Assembly (NCBI GenBank): GCA_030141605.1
Contig: JAQGDQ010001101.1
Coordinates: 1 to 62,675, forward strand
Length of the DNA stretch: 62,675 nucleotides
From: Tubiluchus corallicola
Taxonomy: Eukaryota; Animalia; Priapulida
Reading direction: 5' to 3'
The position numbers were made by a program, and so were the translations under genes. This document shows positions 12,701 through 24,341 of this stretch, in pieces. How positions within the stretch are numbered: the stretch's first letter is position 1; each line of letters begins with the position of its first letter. Below the pieces are notes generated by a model. It was not told where the DNA came from and searched no databases. It saw only the letters and a program-made list of their open reading frames with translations.

Positions 12701-13309
12701 CTACCAATATTTTTTGTATTTTTAGCAATTACTAGCCACACTTGCACCGTAATAGAAACAACATTATTTTTAATATTATTCCTTAACGTATCCAGGTAAA
12801 AAATAAAAACCTATTCTACTGAATAGTATGCAACAGTTCAAAATTCTTAAATAAAAGTTTGCATGTCACACGGTTATTGAAAACTAAAAACATTTTGAAG
12901 AGCAAACGTTAAATAGTTCGGCAACATCGCGGCGTATTTTCATCTCCGTGCGACGATATTAAATTTGGCTTGGTGGAGTTTGTGTAAAGCAATGCTATAA
13001 TGCCATTAATGTTTTCCTTTGGGAGTTTTCCTCGTTGGTTTGGAGTTGACGAAAAGGAAGCTAAATCGAACATTATGCGACGTTTTAGTAAAAGTAATAT
13101 TGATCTTTAACATTAAGTGACTTCGAGGAAATCGCTTTAGCATTCTCATCAATCGTAAACGAAAGAGTTATAAAAGCAGGATCGAAACTAGTTCGTGCAA
13201 GATGAGAGAAAATTATGTTTTAAGTCCACAGGTCAAACGAGGGCAGACATATGCTATTTAGAGTGAAAGAGAGGGAAAAGGGAGAAAAGGAAAGACGGGG
13301 AAGACAGCC

Positions 13310-13870
13310 AAAATATTTTATAATATTTCAACGACCAAAAGTCTGGAATGAGATTTGTCAATCCGCAAAAGATAGCAGATCTATTACTAGATTTAAAAAA
13401 ATGCTAAAAAATCAAATTACAAGTAAGAATCAGTGAGTAATCAAAATTTCTATCGGTATCCATCCTCACAGTAGTGGCAAAACAGTGGTGTTAACTTAAT
13501 CAAGTTATTTTAATTTTACATACTATTAACAAATACTAGTCTTTCTATCTTTTATATCATCTCATATATGAGCTTCATTCATTACATCATTCCATTTTAA
13601 GCACTAAATGTTTTCTTTATCACACGATTCACTTTAAATTCCATTAACTTTTTTTTCTTTCACTGTGTGGGACAATCTAACAAGCCCTGCTTTTTGATTG
13701 CCCGCAACACATTTAAATTCGTATATAGGTGAACAGTGTTTGAGGCTTTTGATGTGCAGAAACAATAAAAGCTTATTTGTATTATGTTCATTGTAGGCCC
13801 TTTCACTATATATTGTACATGAAACTACTGTAAATGTGTAGTGTGAAAAGAACGACTTACTTACTTACTA
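13310..13870 (+). mobile_element. CR1/L2-like LINE 3' end with (CTTA)n tail; second copy at ~28285-28830
   Basis: FQRPKVWNEICQSAKDSRSITRFKKMLKNQ-stop followed by a 3' UTR shared with the 28.3 kb copy. Confidence 0.7.
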
Positions 13871-14042
13871 AAAAGGCACTAGAAGTACTTAATAGACTTC
13901 TCTATCAAAGTTAGATACTTTACACATTCCTTGATAGAACATTTTTAACAGTGTGCGAGCTTTGAGCACTAATATTATCTTATACAATTAAAATAACACA
14001 CAACATTATTAAAACTTTTACGTTACATAATTAAAAATCACG

Positions 14043-14082
14043 CCAAACGTTTCGATAGACTTCTGCTGTCATCTTCAGTGGT
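14043..14082 (-). ncRNA. Minimal type I hammerhead ribozyme motif (Penelope-like element type)
   Basis: Minus strand acca-CTGAAGA-t-gacag-cagaagt-ctatc-GAAA-cg-TT-tgg: CUGANGA and GAAA cores, stem I cca/tgg, stem II with one mismatch, palindromic ACGT stem III. Confidence 0.6.
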
Positions 14083-15099
14083 AAATATCACAAAAAAAAC
14101 AACCAGTTTATATAAGCAGAGGCCATTATGCACTAGTTAAGTTGTTGATAGAACTCAAATAGGTGAGGAATAAGCAGACCTGTAAAGAAATTGATGCTTA
14201 TGCACTGATTATGTATTTACAAAAGTGCTTGTAACAAAAAAAAAAAAAAATTTTTCCTCTAATGGACGCACCAAGCATTAACAGGAAAAATGTATATTTA
14301 TATTGTTTAAATCCCACGACAGCATAAGTAAGATTTGCTTTCCTTTTTCTGCTCAGTGGACCGATTTACTGCTGCAAAGATTTGTGCTAATTCGTGTTAA
14401 TAAGTACCATTTTGTACTGGTTCAGTTTTGGCCAGTGAAGCCATACTACAGGGCTTCACTGTAGGCGATAAAAATGAATACTTCTTACTGTTTAATTTTT
14501 AGAGGAATCTGCAGCCTTTTTTGAAAAGTACATCTGCCTACGCTTGACCAGTGTTCCGCGAACATACTTCCCATGACGTGGAATGTGACGTCAGACTTAA
14601 AGGAAAACCGGACGATTGTTTAGACTCAATCTCATTTTAATTTACTGTCCAAAATATACATTTTCCTGCCTATAAAAGTTAACAATCGTTCCTTATATTT
14701 GAATAATTAGCTTAGAAAGTTAATTATCGGCAAACCGAGCACAGCTATTGCTTATGTCAGAAACTAACCACAGTTTGTGCAATGGCGGGCATCTTCTCTT
14801 GTGCATCAAGCACATTAGCATAACTGTTATAGTACTGCTATGTCTTATGGCGTCAGAAACTAACACTGTAGTTCATGATCATGCTTATCACGGTACCGCC
14901 TTCTATTTGTCGGCCACGCGATTGTGACAAAAAGGTGCCGCTGCCAATCTTAGTGGATTCGCTGATCCGCCCATACCTTTGAAAGTTTAACGAAATTTGA
15001 GTATCCGAGGCAACTATTATTTAATCTAAGCTTTGATTTAAAAAAGCTATCGTAGTTTTCCATATTTTAGAGCATACTTTATTCTGAACTCAGAATATC

Positions 15100-15541
15100 A
15101 GTTATTGGTCACATTGATGGAGCTACAGCGTCGACTGCGGCTGAGCAGTGCGATCCTTGAACCACTGGAGTGGCCTCTCCAGGGCGCACGCCTGGGTAAG
15201 GTGTATGGAGATCCTGAGTTTCCCAGACAACAGGAACCCCCTCTCTTCCTCCCTGGTGTAGTCCAAAGGAAAGCGGAGCGATACGTTTGGCACCAGGTTG
15301 GCTGCAGGAGCTGCCGGAGTCAGTGAGTTTGCTGCACTGGTCCGTCTTCGGGGCTCCACTCCTGATTTTTAAGGATTACTCCTCTACACATGGCCGTTGG
15401 GTCACTTGACCTCCTCCGCCCTCTAGCCGTTCGCTGCTTGTGCAGCTCCTCCGCCTAGTGTCGAGATACAGCGTGGGCATCCCGCAAGCCTACAGCACCT
15501 GGTATTCCTAGGCGGTCACCCATCCAAGTACTAACCAGGCT
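15100..15541 (-). mobile_element. SINE3 copy C (5S 3' half plus body, tail missing)
   Basis: Same 5S-derived head and body as copies D and E. Confidence 0.85.
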
Positions 15542-15551
15542 GTCTAGCAAC

Positions 15552-17470
15552 CACACCGAAATTATATTGTGCATTGGACAGACCATATGGTTCTGCTACT
15601 GTGATTCTATCAAGCTGGACGAAAGGAATGAAGAATGAAGGATGAATCTTTGTACAAATCATTATGCCAATTGTTGTAACAAGAGTGTGACTTAGTTTCT
15701 TATTTTACTGCTTAATTATGATTGTTAGTTTAAACATAATTTATTATAGGATTGGATCAGACAGTTTGAACAACATGATTTAGGATCCTCACCATAACAG
15801 ACTTTATACTCTACTAGCAAAGGCCCCGCAAAAGATTTTGCGTATAAATACACGTGTAATGAATAATACGCGACCATCCTACCTAGTCCTCATTTATAAC
15901 ACAAAGCCCGTAACATCCTGCCTACTTACCTAACGCAAAGCCAGCAGCGTTTACTCCTGCCTACTGTATGTTGCAAACCAGCTTTTTTGCTGAATTAAAG
16001 TTATAGACACAATGGATGACGTCGGCACAATGGAATGCGGTCTGCAGTTTTCTAAGGCAAAAATTGTCGAAATTTGCGGAAAATAGAACACGAATTAACT
16101 CGTCGATACTCCTCTCGGTGGAACTGCCCTAACATATAGCCCACATCATCGTGTAGCCCTGTCCTTCCTCTTTGTAAAGAGCTATATATCTCCTTCCGAG
16201 AGTCCCACCGGGCGACGTTAGAACGTTTTTCCCGCATGCTGTTTGGCCAAAATTTCGAAAAAATCGCGAGTTGAGTCCGGGAAAACGCCCGTTGCGGGGC
16301 GCCCTGGCCCTCTCGGGAATTGTAAATATGCCTACTACACCCACCGCTGAACGGGCTATCTATCCATACCCAGTACCGCCCTCGGCCCGTTCCCGTTCTC
16401 TACATCTCAGCCGTATAACTTTTGCAATTTTTTGCAAAAAACGGCCGAAAAAGGGCCATTTTTGGAGGTTTTTCGCCCCCCGTTCCTCCCAGTGGGCCCG
16501 ATTCGAAAAATAAACCCCCAATGAGACGACACTAGATCGGGACCTTTCTTTTGATATATAGATCGCCGCAAATGGTGCCCTCGTCCGGGCTGTAGCCTCG
16601 AATCTTATATATAAATATATATACCAAGAATATTAATATAAGAGACTAGCAAAGGCCCCGCAAAAGATTTTGCCTAAAAAACCAATATAATCAATAACAC
16701 GCGAACATCCTACACCGTCCTCATTTATAACACAAAGCCCTTAACATCCTGTCTACTGTATGTCTGTTTATCTAACGCAAACCCGTAGCAGCCAGCTTTT
16801 TGCTGAATTAAAGTTATAAGATTACAGCAGAGTACAATGGATGACGTCAGAACAATGGAATGCGTCACCACAGTTATATATATATATAAATATATATACC
16901 AAGAATATTAATATAAGAGTATAGATTTACAAGAACATTTACAGTAAGAATAGACTATAACTACACAAGCTGACAAGTTTTACTACAAGATTACATTAGC
17001 CATTAGTAGAAAATGACGGTTAGCAAATATTAATGTACGATTATTTAAGACTGATGCATTTCATATCAGATAGAAACTACTGGAAGCGTTTAGTACGTAA
17101 TATAAAGTTATGTATGCATTGGAATATTTTACAGTAAGTAACATAGTTAAATTCATCTTTTCCGAATAATAACAACTTCAACAGATCATTAGTTCCTAAG
17201 GCAGCTATATTAAGGTTTTCGGGCAGAAGTATTTCATTTAATTTATCAAACACAACATCCCTAGTTTGTTGATACAAGGGCAGTGCAACAAAAAGTGTTC
17301 AACAGACACAAATCGAAATCCACAGTTACAATTCGGCGATATTGGATGTCCGTTATTATCTTTACAGCCTTTAGAGAAAAGGTCATAGTTTAGCTGAGAA
17401 AATGCGATTATCAAGCTCGTATGACGCACTGAAATTGGAGGTTTACCAAATGAAAAATGTTTCTAATTAT
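15552..17470 (-). mobile_element. Non-LTR retrotransposon ORF2 C-terminus plus 3' UTR, frameshifted and interrupted by a Helitron
   Basis: SPNCNCGFRFVSVEHFLLHCP / LLKLLLFGK...KIFQCIHNFILRTKRFQ-stop: CCHC zinc-knuckle-like terminus typical of LINE ORF2. Confidence 0.75.
15814..16925 (-). mobile_element. Non-autonomous Helitron, two units head-to-tail (16646-16925 and 15814-16645)
   Basis: Minus strand 5'-TC...hairpin cgcaaaatcttttgcg...CTAG-3'; inserted between A and T with no TSD relative to the empty paralogous site at 6853/6854. Confidence 0.88.
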
Positions 17471-17905
17471 GATTATTATCGTGTCAAATGGCATTACTAA
17501 CAGCTAACGTCTGCAAACGGGTTTCTGAATATGCCAGTGGTCGATATCACAATCACAGCTGTAACAGGGGCTTCAAATGCTCTTGACACGGTTATAGCGT
17601 CTCGTGTTCTGTTATTTACGTTTCCCCAAAAGGCTGCTTGGCTTCTCTGGTACTTGACTTGCTCATTGCTTCCCTTCATCTTTTTTAGTCTAAATATTCT
17701 CCACATTTGTAGGAGAATAAACGCTAATGATCTCTCTCCAATTCCAGCACAATTTTCCGCCAATATTTGCTATTCAAATTCAACAGTGACAAGCGATGAG
17801 AGAGGAATATACATGAAAGTAAAATATGGCACGCAAAACGCCCTACGTCCTTCAGCCTAGTAGTAGAATTGCTGCTCGCCCTGATATAAAAGGGATTTAG
17901 GCACC

Positions 17906-18229
17906 GGACGGACGGACGGACGGACGGATGGATGGATGAGTGGATGGATGGATGGATGGATGGATGGGTGGGTGGATGGATGGATGGATGGATGGATGGA
18001 TGGATGGGTGGGTGGGTGGCTGGGTGGGTGGGTGGATGAATGGATGGATGGATGGATGGATGGATGGATGGGTGGGTGGATGGATGGATGGATGGATGGG
18101 TGGATGGGTGGGTGGGTGGATGGATGGATGGATGGATGGATGGATGGATGGATGGATGGATGGGTGGGTGGACGGACGGACGGACGGACGGACGGACGGA
18201 CGGACGGACGGACGGACGGACGGATGGAT
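17906..18229. repeat. Compound (GGAC)n(GGAT/GGGT)n(GGAC)n microsatellite
   Basis: Direct reading; source of MDGW/HPSI pseudo-ORFs. Confidence 0.95.
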
Positions 18230-18736
18230 CTCCTCGAGTCGGGTGATTCACAAAAGACGAAACTCTGATTTGTGTACAAGAATGTCCCAGCATGAGCAAT
18301 ACAAGTATTACATACATTTGGAAGAAAAAAGTAGCTTGTTTCTGTTCTATTATCATAACAAGACAGTAGCAGTGAAACGGTAAGCGCCTTGCATCTAATG
18401 AATCTCAGGACATTCAAGGTCAAAACAAAACTCAAGGTCATCTGCCACCCTTTCTTAATACTCTGATTGTGGCAGCACCCCCCCCCCCCCCCTTACTAAA
18501 ATTGTCAAGCGCGCCGAGTTAAATATGCTTAGCCCTAGTAACGTTGAAGATATACAAAAAATATAAACACGTACTGCGATGCAACATAAAACTCTGTACG
18601 TCCAAAAGTGCAGTCAGGATCACGTAACGTAATTATCCTTTCTCGTGTACCATATTTGATTAAGTTGGCCTCAGGCTCTGGTCTTTGGCTACATATTATA
18701 AAACGTTCGGACTGACTGACGCATGGATTTACGCAT

Positions 18737-19733
18737 CAAGGCTGGCAATACGTTACGGCACGGTACGAAAAAAGGTCTTGAAACGTACGGTACGATATCA
18801 CAGTACGGCATTTTTTCAACAGTATCGTACGGTACGAAATTACGGTATTTCTTTGGTACTCCTTCTGTTTACATTTTACATTTTATTATTATTATCACAT
18901 TCAGTACAATATAAAGCACACAGTGACATCAAAACTATTACATCTACTGCATTAAATTGTTATGTTTCATACACTATCGTTATCATAAAAGATTAATTGT
19001 ACTGCAGTGGGCTAGAGAAGCAAAGGCTTGTATAAGCCCACTGTCATGTGAACCTGATAAAAAAGAATGGATGAGTGAACAAAAAAAGAACTGGGAGAAA
19101 GGTTAGATCACACAGGAAGGGTAGAAGGCTGTGCCTTTATCGTACCCTTTCCGTACCATTTCACCCAGGTTCTTGTAACGCTTTTATTGGTCAGCAAATC
19201 AGCATGAGGACTTGTATGGCTCCTGTTTGGGAACTTATTGTTCTCCCCTAAATTGCCTTACTTTTATTGGTGTTGTACAAAAACAAAAGAATAATGATCC
19301 CATGAATGTATATTGCAGATTAACTCTCACAACTTACCTGCATTACAATAAAAAAACAACTATTTCAGTTGTTTAGCTTTGATATTATAATAGATAATTA
19401 GCTGCTTATTTTTAAGGTGTCTCTTCTTCTGCAAGTGCACAAACAAAGGTAAACATTTTGTTTTTCTGTGAGAAATGCAGTATTTTGCCTAAACTGATTC
19501 GCGTGACACGGTCGAAGTGACAAATTTTGTTAATAAAATTATTCTTAAATGTATACTAATACAATCTAGGGTACACATTGTCGTATTTCTGAGCAACTAT
19601 ATTCCAATTGGGTATATTGTTTACCACGTTTACACATTATCATTTTTTTACAATTAACTTTTATGCGGTACGGTATTTTTTAGAGGTACGAGGTACTGTA
19701 TCTTTTTCGTACCGTACCGTACTGCCAGCCTTG
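18737..19733. mobile_element. Non-autonomous hAT-type DNA transposon (997 bp) with a nested repeat fragment at ~18880-19128
   Basis: TIRs caaggctggca...tgccagccttg; perfect 8-bp TSD ttacgcat at 18729-18736 and 19734-19741; the nested fragment recurs at ~25495-25745. Confidence 0.88.
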
Positions 19734-20130
19734 TTACGCATGCGCACGGGTACGGACATTTTCATTATCTAATTTCTCTATAAGTTTTTTTCGTTTAGGC
19801 GTTGGTTTTAAGTTAAGAAAAACAATGACACTTTCGCCTACAGAAAGAAATTGCTTTAATTCCGTAATCACTTCAATCAACAGTTAGATCACAAGTCAAT
19901 CTTATAGATCACAAAAGATTTGCAAATAATTCATGGAAGTGTCCTACAATCTCTTTTTGGAAAAATATCGAAGGTTCATAAAGGAAGAAGTAAAACTCGG
20001 GTGAAAAAATTGATGGGATGAAATAGCAAGAGTTCAATAACCGAAAGGAAAATGGCTGAGTTGAAATTTCTGAGGGACGAAATTTCATGGAAACAATATC
20101 CCTAAAATGAAACTTATCCTCTATACGCAC

Positions 20131-20205
20131 TGTTTGGTTTCTTTTCGTTAGTTGATACTTCTTTTTTCGGGTTCGTCGACTTTTGAGATCCCTCTTTTCC
20201 TGCAC
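20131..20205 (-). CDS. Probable stalk exon 3 of the DIP/lachesin-like gene
   Basis: Acceptor atttttacag, donor A|gtgcgt; 75 bp, phase 1-1; GAGKEGSQKSTNPKKEVSTNEKKPN; no homology support. Confidence 0.5.
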
Positions 20206-20270
20206 CTGTAAAAATTATGTAATAACTTAATTAAGCGCGAGAGGAAAACAGCATAATTATCACTGTGACA

Positions 20271-20771
20271 CAGGGGTGTGCTTCTTGCAGCCCGCGGGCC
20301 ACTTGCAGACCGCCGAGAGAATTTGTGCGGCCCGCGAAGAGGTTTGTCAACGTAATGAAAGTGCGGCCCGGGTGATGAATTGAGTGTATCCAGCTGAAGT
20401 CCGCGCCACGTGCCCAAAGATAGTGCGGGTAGTTTTTTCTACTAGATCGGATGCCATTAACCCTTACAAGACGGTTGTAGCTTAATGTCACTGTACTACA
20501 TAGACTGTGTGATACACATTACTAATATGCATTGTAATGAAATTACCAGTATCTGTCCTGAAAGTAGAAATATATGGTTTGTAATATAAATTTTAATAAC
20601 TTCTAAAATAGTTTCTTGAGTGTAGTAGTAATGATGTACGCAGGTCGGATGCAAAAAAAATCGTTATTAGGCCTTTCTGTACTTGGCTCCTTGATCAAAC
20701 TGCCTGTGGCCCGCAGGAATTGCGGGAAAGTTTAATGTGGCCCGGTGAATCAGATAATTTGCACACCCCTG
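20271..20771. mobile_element. hAT (Charlie-like) MITE, 501 bp
   Basis: TIR caggggtgtgc / gcacacccctg; subterminal ggccc motifs; degenerate 8-bp TSD ctgtgaca / gtgtaaca. Confidence 0.75.
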
Positions 20772-21461
20772 GTGTAACATTTTCATATAAATTAGCATTG
20801 CTTTTATATAAACTTTAGCGTTGATCACACATGTGGCTTATTGAGTCTCCTGTTATTTAAGAAAAAGATTAATTAAAGAAAGGATCTGGAAAAACTTTTA
20901 AAAAAAGACAGGTTAATTTTTCATAAACTACCACGTTTTCAAATTCGATAAAAAGTATACATTTTAACACAATTAATACTGCAAAAGCGTTTCTGATGAT
21001 TAAATAATTATAGACTGAAAACTAATTAAAGGCGGGCAAGCACAACTAATGATGACCTCACAAACTAACATAATTTTCGAGAGCAAAAATATTCCACGAG
21101 CGTGTTGTACGTGTTTGCGAAAGTGAAACTTCAAGTACAGTGGTACTGTAAGAGATTCAGTGTGTTGGACTAAAACTAGGCAAGTTTTAAGATAGAAATT
21201 CAAATTACAAATTTACTGCTGTGCTCACGCATGAGTTGCCGAACACGTCACAAACTGACACATCTGAGCTGAGAGGTACAGCACTGTGTGCAACGCTTTC
21301 CGAAATGCAGGCGCTAGTGCCCGTCTAACTAGCGAATGGCGATATGCAAGTAACAATGAAGAACTAGTGGCGCGAACGTGAAATTGTGTTGGTGTGGTAA
21401 TAATTATTTCATTTTTGAAAAATAGTATGTTTCCTCTCAATATTTTAAAGAGAAGATTGTT

Positions 21462-21503
21462 TTGACCTACAGTTCAAAATTGCACTCTTGAACTGTAGGT
21501 CAA
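21462..21503. repeat. Perfect 16-bp-stem hairpin
   Basis: ttgacctacagttcaa-10 nt-ttgaactgtaggtcaa. Confidence 0.85.
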
Positions 21504-21628
21504 GATGGTTTTACTTTAACCGAGATTCACTGTGAAGATACGTGATTTTGACAACGGTTACGGTAATCGAGAGTTCGTAACCCAAAACCTAGCATCATAA
21601 TTATTTTAGTTTCAGTTTTTTAAGTTCA

Positions 21629-21823
21629 TTTTATCAAATTGACATTTAAAGTGGAAGTGGATCTCTTTTAAAGATGGCGGCAAAACGCGTTTGATCAACA
21701 TCTACGAAGCCAGTTTGAGTTGTACGCAATCAATTAATTCAGGCCACTTCGTAAAAATTAACCACATCCGCTTTTGCCACCACTTTTGAAAGAGGTCCAC
21801 CTTAAACGGCAATTTGATAAAAT
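21629..21823. repeat. Imperfect inverted repeat (~55-60 bp arms), probable MITE remnant
   Basis: ttttatcaaattgacatttaaagtgga...ggcggcaaaa versus ttttgccaccac...tccaccttaaacggcaatttgataaaa. Confidence 0.6.
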
Positions 21824-22017
21824 AACCAGAACTTTAAAGAAAAACTGAATCCAGCACCGCGTTAATTTAAAAAAATCTCGTTTGCGAAATTACGCGGAGT
21901 TAAAAATCAGACAGCTAAACAGAATGGCTGTTTGTCGATGAGTCATTAAAACGAGGCTAACAAAGAAATGTTGACTGAGTAGCTCTGGAATTTGTCAAAC
22001 TGCATTTATTCCACATC

Positions 22018-22583
22018 TTAAGTAGCGTATACCCATCACCCGGATGCGTATGCGGATGCGTTTTCCACCTGCGCAATACTACCTGCGCGGAAAAAAATCA
22101 ATGGGAATACCTGCAGATAAAGAATGACGCATACGCAGGCTGCATAAACGGCTGCATTGAAAACAACATAAACCGATTTTATCCATTCCGCACCCACAAA
22201 ACGCATACGCATTCGAATGCTACGCAAACGCAGGCTGAATGACGCATACGCAGGCTGCATAAACGGCTGCATTGAAAACAACATAAACCGATTTTATCTA
22301 TTCCGCACCCACAAAACGCATACGCATTCGAATGCTACGCAAACGCAGGCTGAATAACGCATACGCAGACTTCATAAACGGGCGCATTGAAAACGACATA
22401 AACCGATTTTATCTATTCCGTACCCACAAAATGCATACGCATCCGAATGCTACGCAAACGCAGGCTGAATGACGCATACGCAGGCTGCATAAACGGGTGC
22501 ATTGAAAACAAAATAAACCGATTTTATCTATTCCGCACCCGCAAAACGCATACGCATCCGTATGCTACGTAAACGCCACTTTA
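22018..22583. mobile_element. TIR element containing 4 tandem 115-bp units (22122-22575)
   Basis: Left aagtagcgtatac...cggatgcgtatgcg versus reverse-complemented right aagtggcgtttac...cggatgcgtatgcg; units start at 22122, 22237, 22352 and 22467. Confidence 0.7.
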
Positions 22584-22920
22584 CACTTACATTGGAACTC
22601 TGTGTAAAGCTAATCCTTTTCACTACAAAACTGTTAATCCTCTTTTACAATCATTTAGCTAACAGTCGCTGCAAATATGTGAATAATTAGTTCCATATTC
22701 GAACAGCTAGGCTTGTTATATCACCACATTATTGTTACCACATGGTGTTTTGTGATCAGCGTTGAGAATTCATCATCGTTTAACGCAACTATTATTAATC
22801 ATCCGCGCCTCGCGATAATTTTATTAGTTGCTAGACGTTCCTCGGCGAAGCTTGTAGCGTCTGACAGGTGGGAAGGTTTGGCTAAAACATATCAATGCTC
22901 ATGGGAACGAATGTTTTTAA

Positions 22921-23376
22921 CCCTTTCATACCCGTTGTATCCCATGGGATACGAGAATATTTTCTGCCTTAGAATTAATAAAATTTTAAAACTGACAGTT
23001 ATTTGATCTGTTAATAGTTATTTTGATTTAAGCCAATAACAATAGACTAAAAATGGTGATAAAATGGCAAACTAGAAAATCTACATAGCATAAAAAACTG
23101 CGCAAGTACTGGTACAGTACTTTAGAGACGACTTTGTACAGATCAGCATAGCATGCTAAATGTCTTAAATACTTTGAAGAATTATCAGCAGTTGCAAAAT
23201 GAAGCACATTTTATGCTTCCATTGTATCCCAATGTATCCCGTGGGATACAGGCTATATTTAGCACGCGGGCACAGGTAGAAAAAAATTATTATGTGTAAA
23301 CAAGATGGACATACTGAACAAAAGTACCAAGCCAAAAAATTTTTCTTATTAAAAAAATAATTTATGACTGAAAGGG
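22921..23376. mobile_element. piggyBac-like MITE, 456 bp
   Basis: TTAA|ccctttca ... tgaaaggg|TTAA; internal repeated gtatccc.tgggatac palindrome. Confidence 0.7.
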
Positions 23377-24182
23377 TTAAATTCACATATATGTAGCGAA
23401 ATTTTTTATCACAACCTGGAATTCTTCGCTGCCCGATTGAGCGGAATATGCGAAACTTGCTGCAGTGAAATAAAATACCGTAAAATGTATTTCTGTGCCC
23501 CACGTTGTGCGATTTCGTCCATGAGCGAACGCTGTCTGCCTTGTTTGCAAATTTACCTTCCAAGGGATACATATCTATTGCTGTTTTTTTCCATTGAGTA
23601 ACTCGGGCAGGAAGTTGGGAGAACGTTACAGCGTCGAACATTTAGTAGACTAGTAAGCTTAGCAAATCAGCCAAGTAATCTGGGTTTCCGTGCAAATATA
23701 AGCGCTTGTGAAGCCAGTTTAGTGGATATGACAACGCAGATTTGTCATTATCGGGCCATTATAGGGCAGTGGACGAACATCAGTGATCTGGTTTAAGGTT
23801 ATACTGCAGGCCAAAGTTAGACATGCATTGTAGTGCAAGGCAACAAGAGGTCATTGGGTAAAACACTGAGAGATGTTGCAGTCAATGTTAGACTGCAGTT
23901 AAATATTACAAAACCGTAATTTGTTGAGAACAGTATAGTTAAGCTTACGGTTAATGTTCTACGCTAACTGGTGAGAAATATAGAATTGTGGTGGCAGAAG
24001 GGACGATATGTGGGTACTTTTGATTAGCAACAATTTGCTAATTTGACTCACACAGTGACTCGTGGTTAAGATAATTCCGTTTAAGCTCGATACATTGACA
24101 ACAATACATAGAGTAAAGAGAACCTGTTAAAATATGTTAAATGTCAGATAATTATGCTAAGAAGAGTCTTCATTAAGCCAAA

Positions 24183-24341
24183 CCCAAATAAGGAAATTAA
24201 GGTGCGGTGTCACGTGACTGCCCATTTGTCAGACTCCCAAATAAGGAAATTAAGGCGCGGTGTCACGTGTCTGCCCATTTGTCAGACTCCCAAATAAGGA
24301 AATTAAGGCTCGGTGTCACGTGACTGCCCATTTGTCAGACT
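24183..24341. repeat. 53-bp tandem repeat x3, each unit with a CACGTG E-box
   Basis: cccaaataaggaaattaagg..cggtgtcacgtg.ctgcccatttgtcagact occurs three times. Confidence 0.9.

Noticed and set aside
17497-17860. Overlapping 88-aa and 109-aa ORFs
   Set aside because: No recognisable motif and no flanking splice-site pair
17858-18260. HINE/DINE-1-like element around the (GGAY)n tract
   Set aside because: Suggestive sub-terminal inverted motifs, but too short and degenerate to support without other copies
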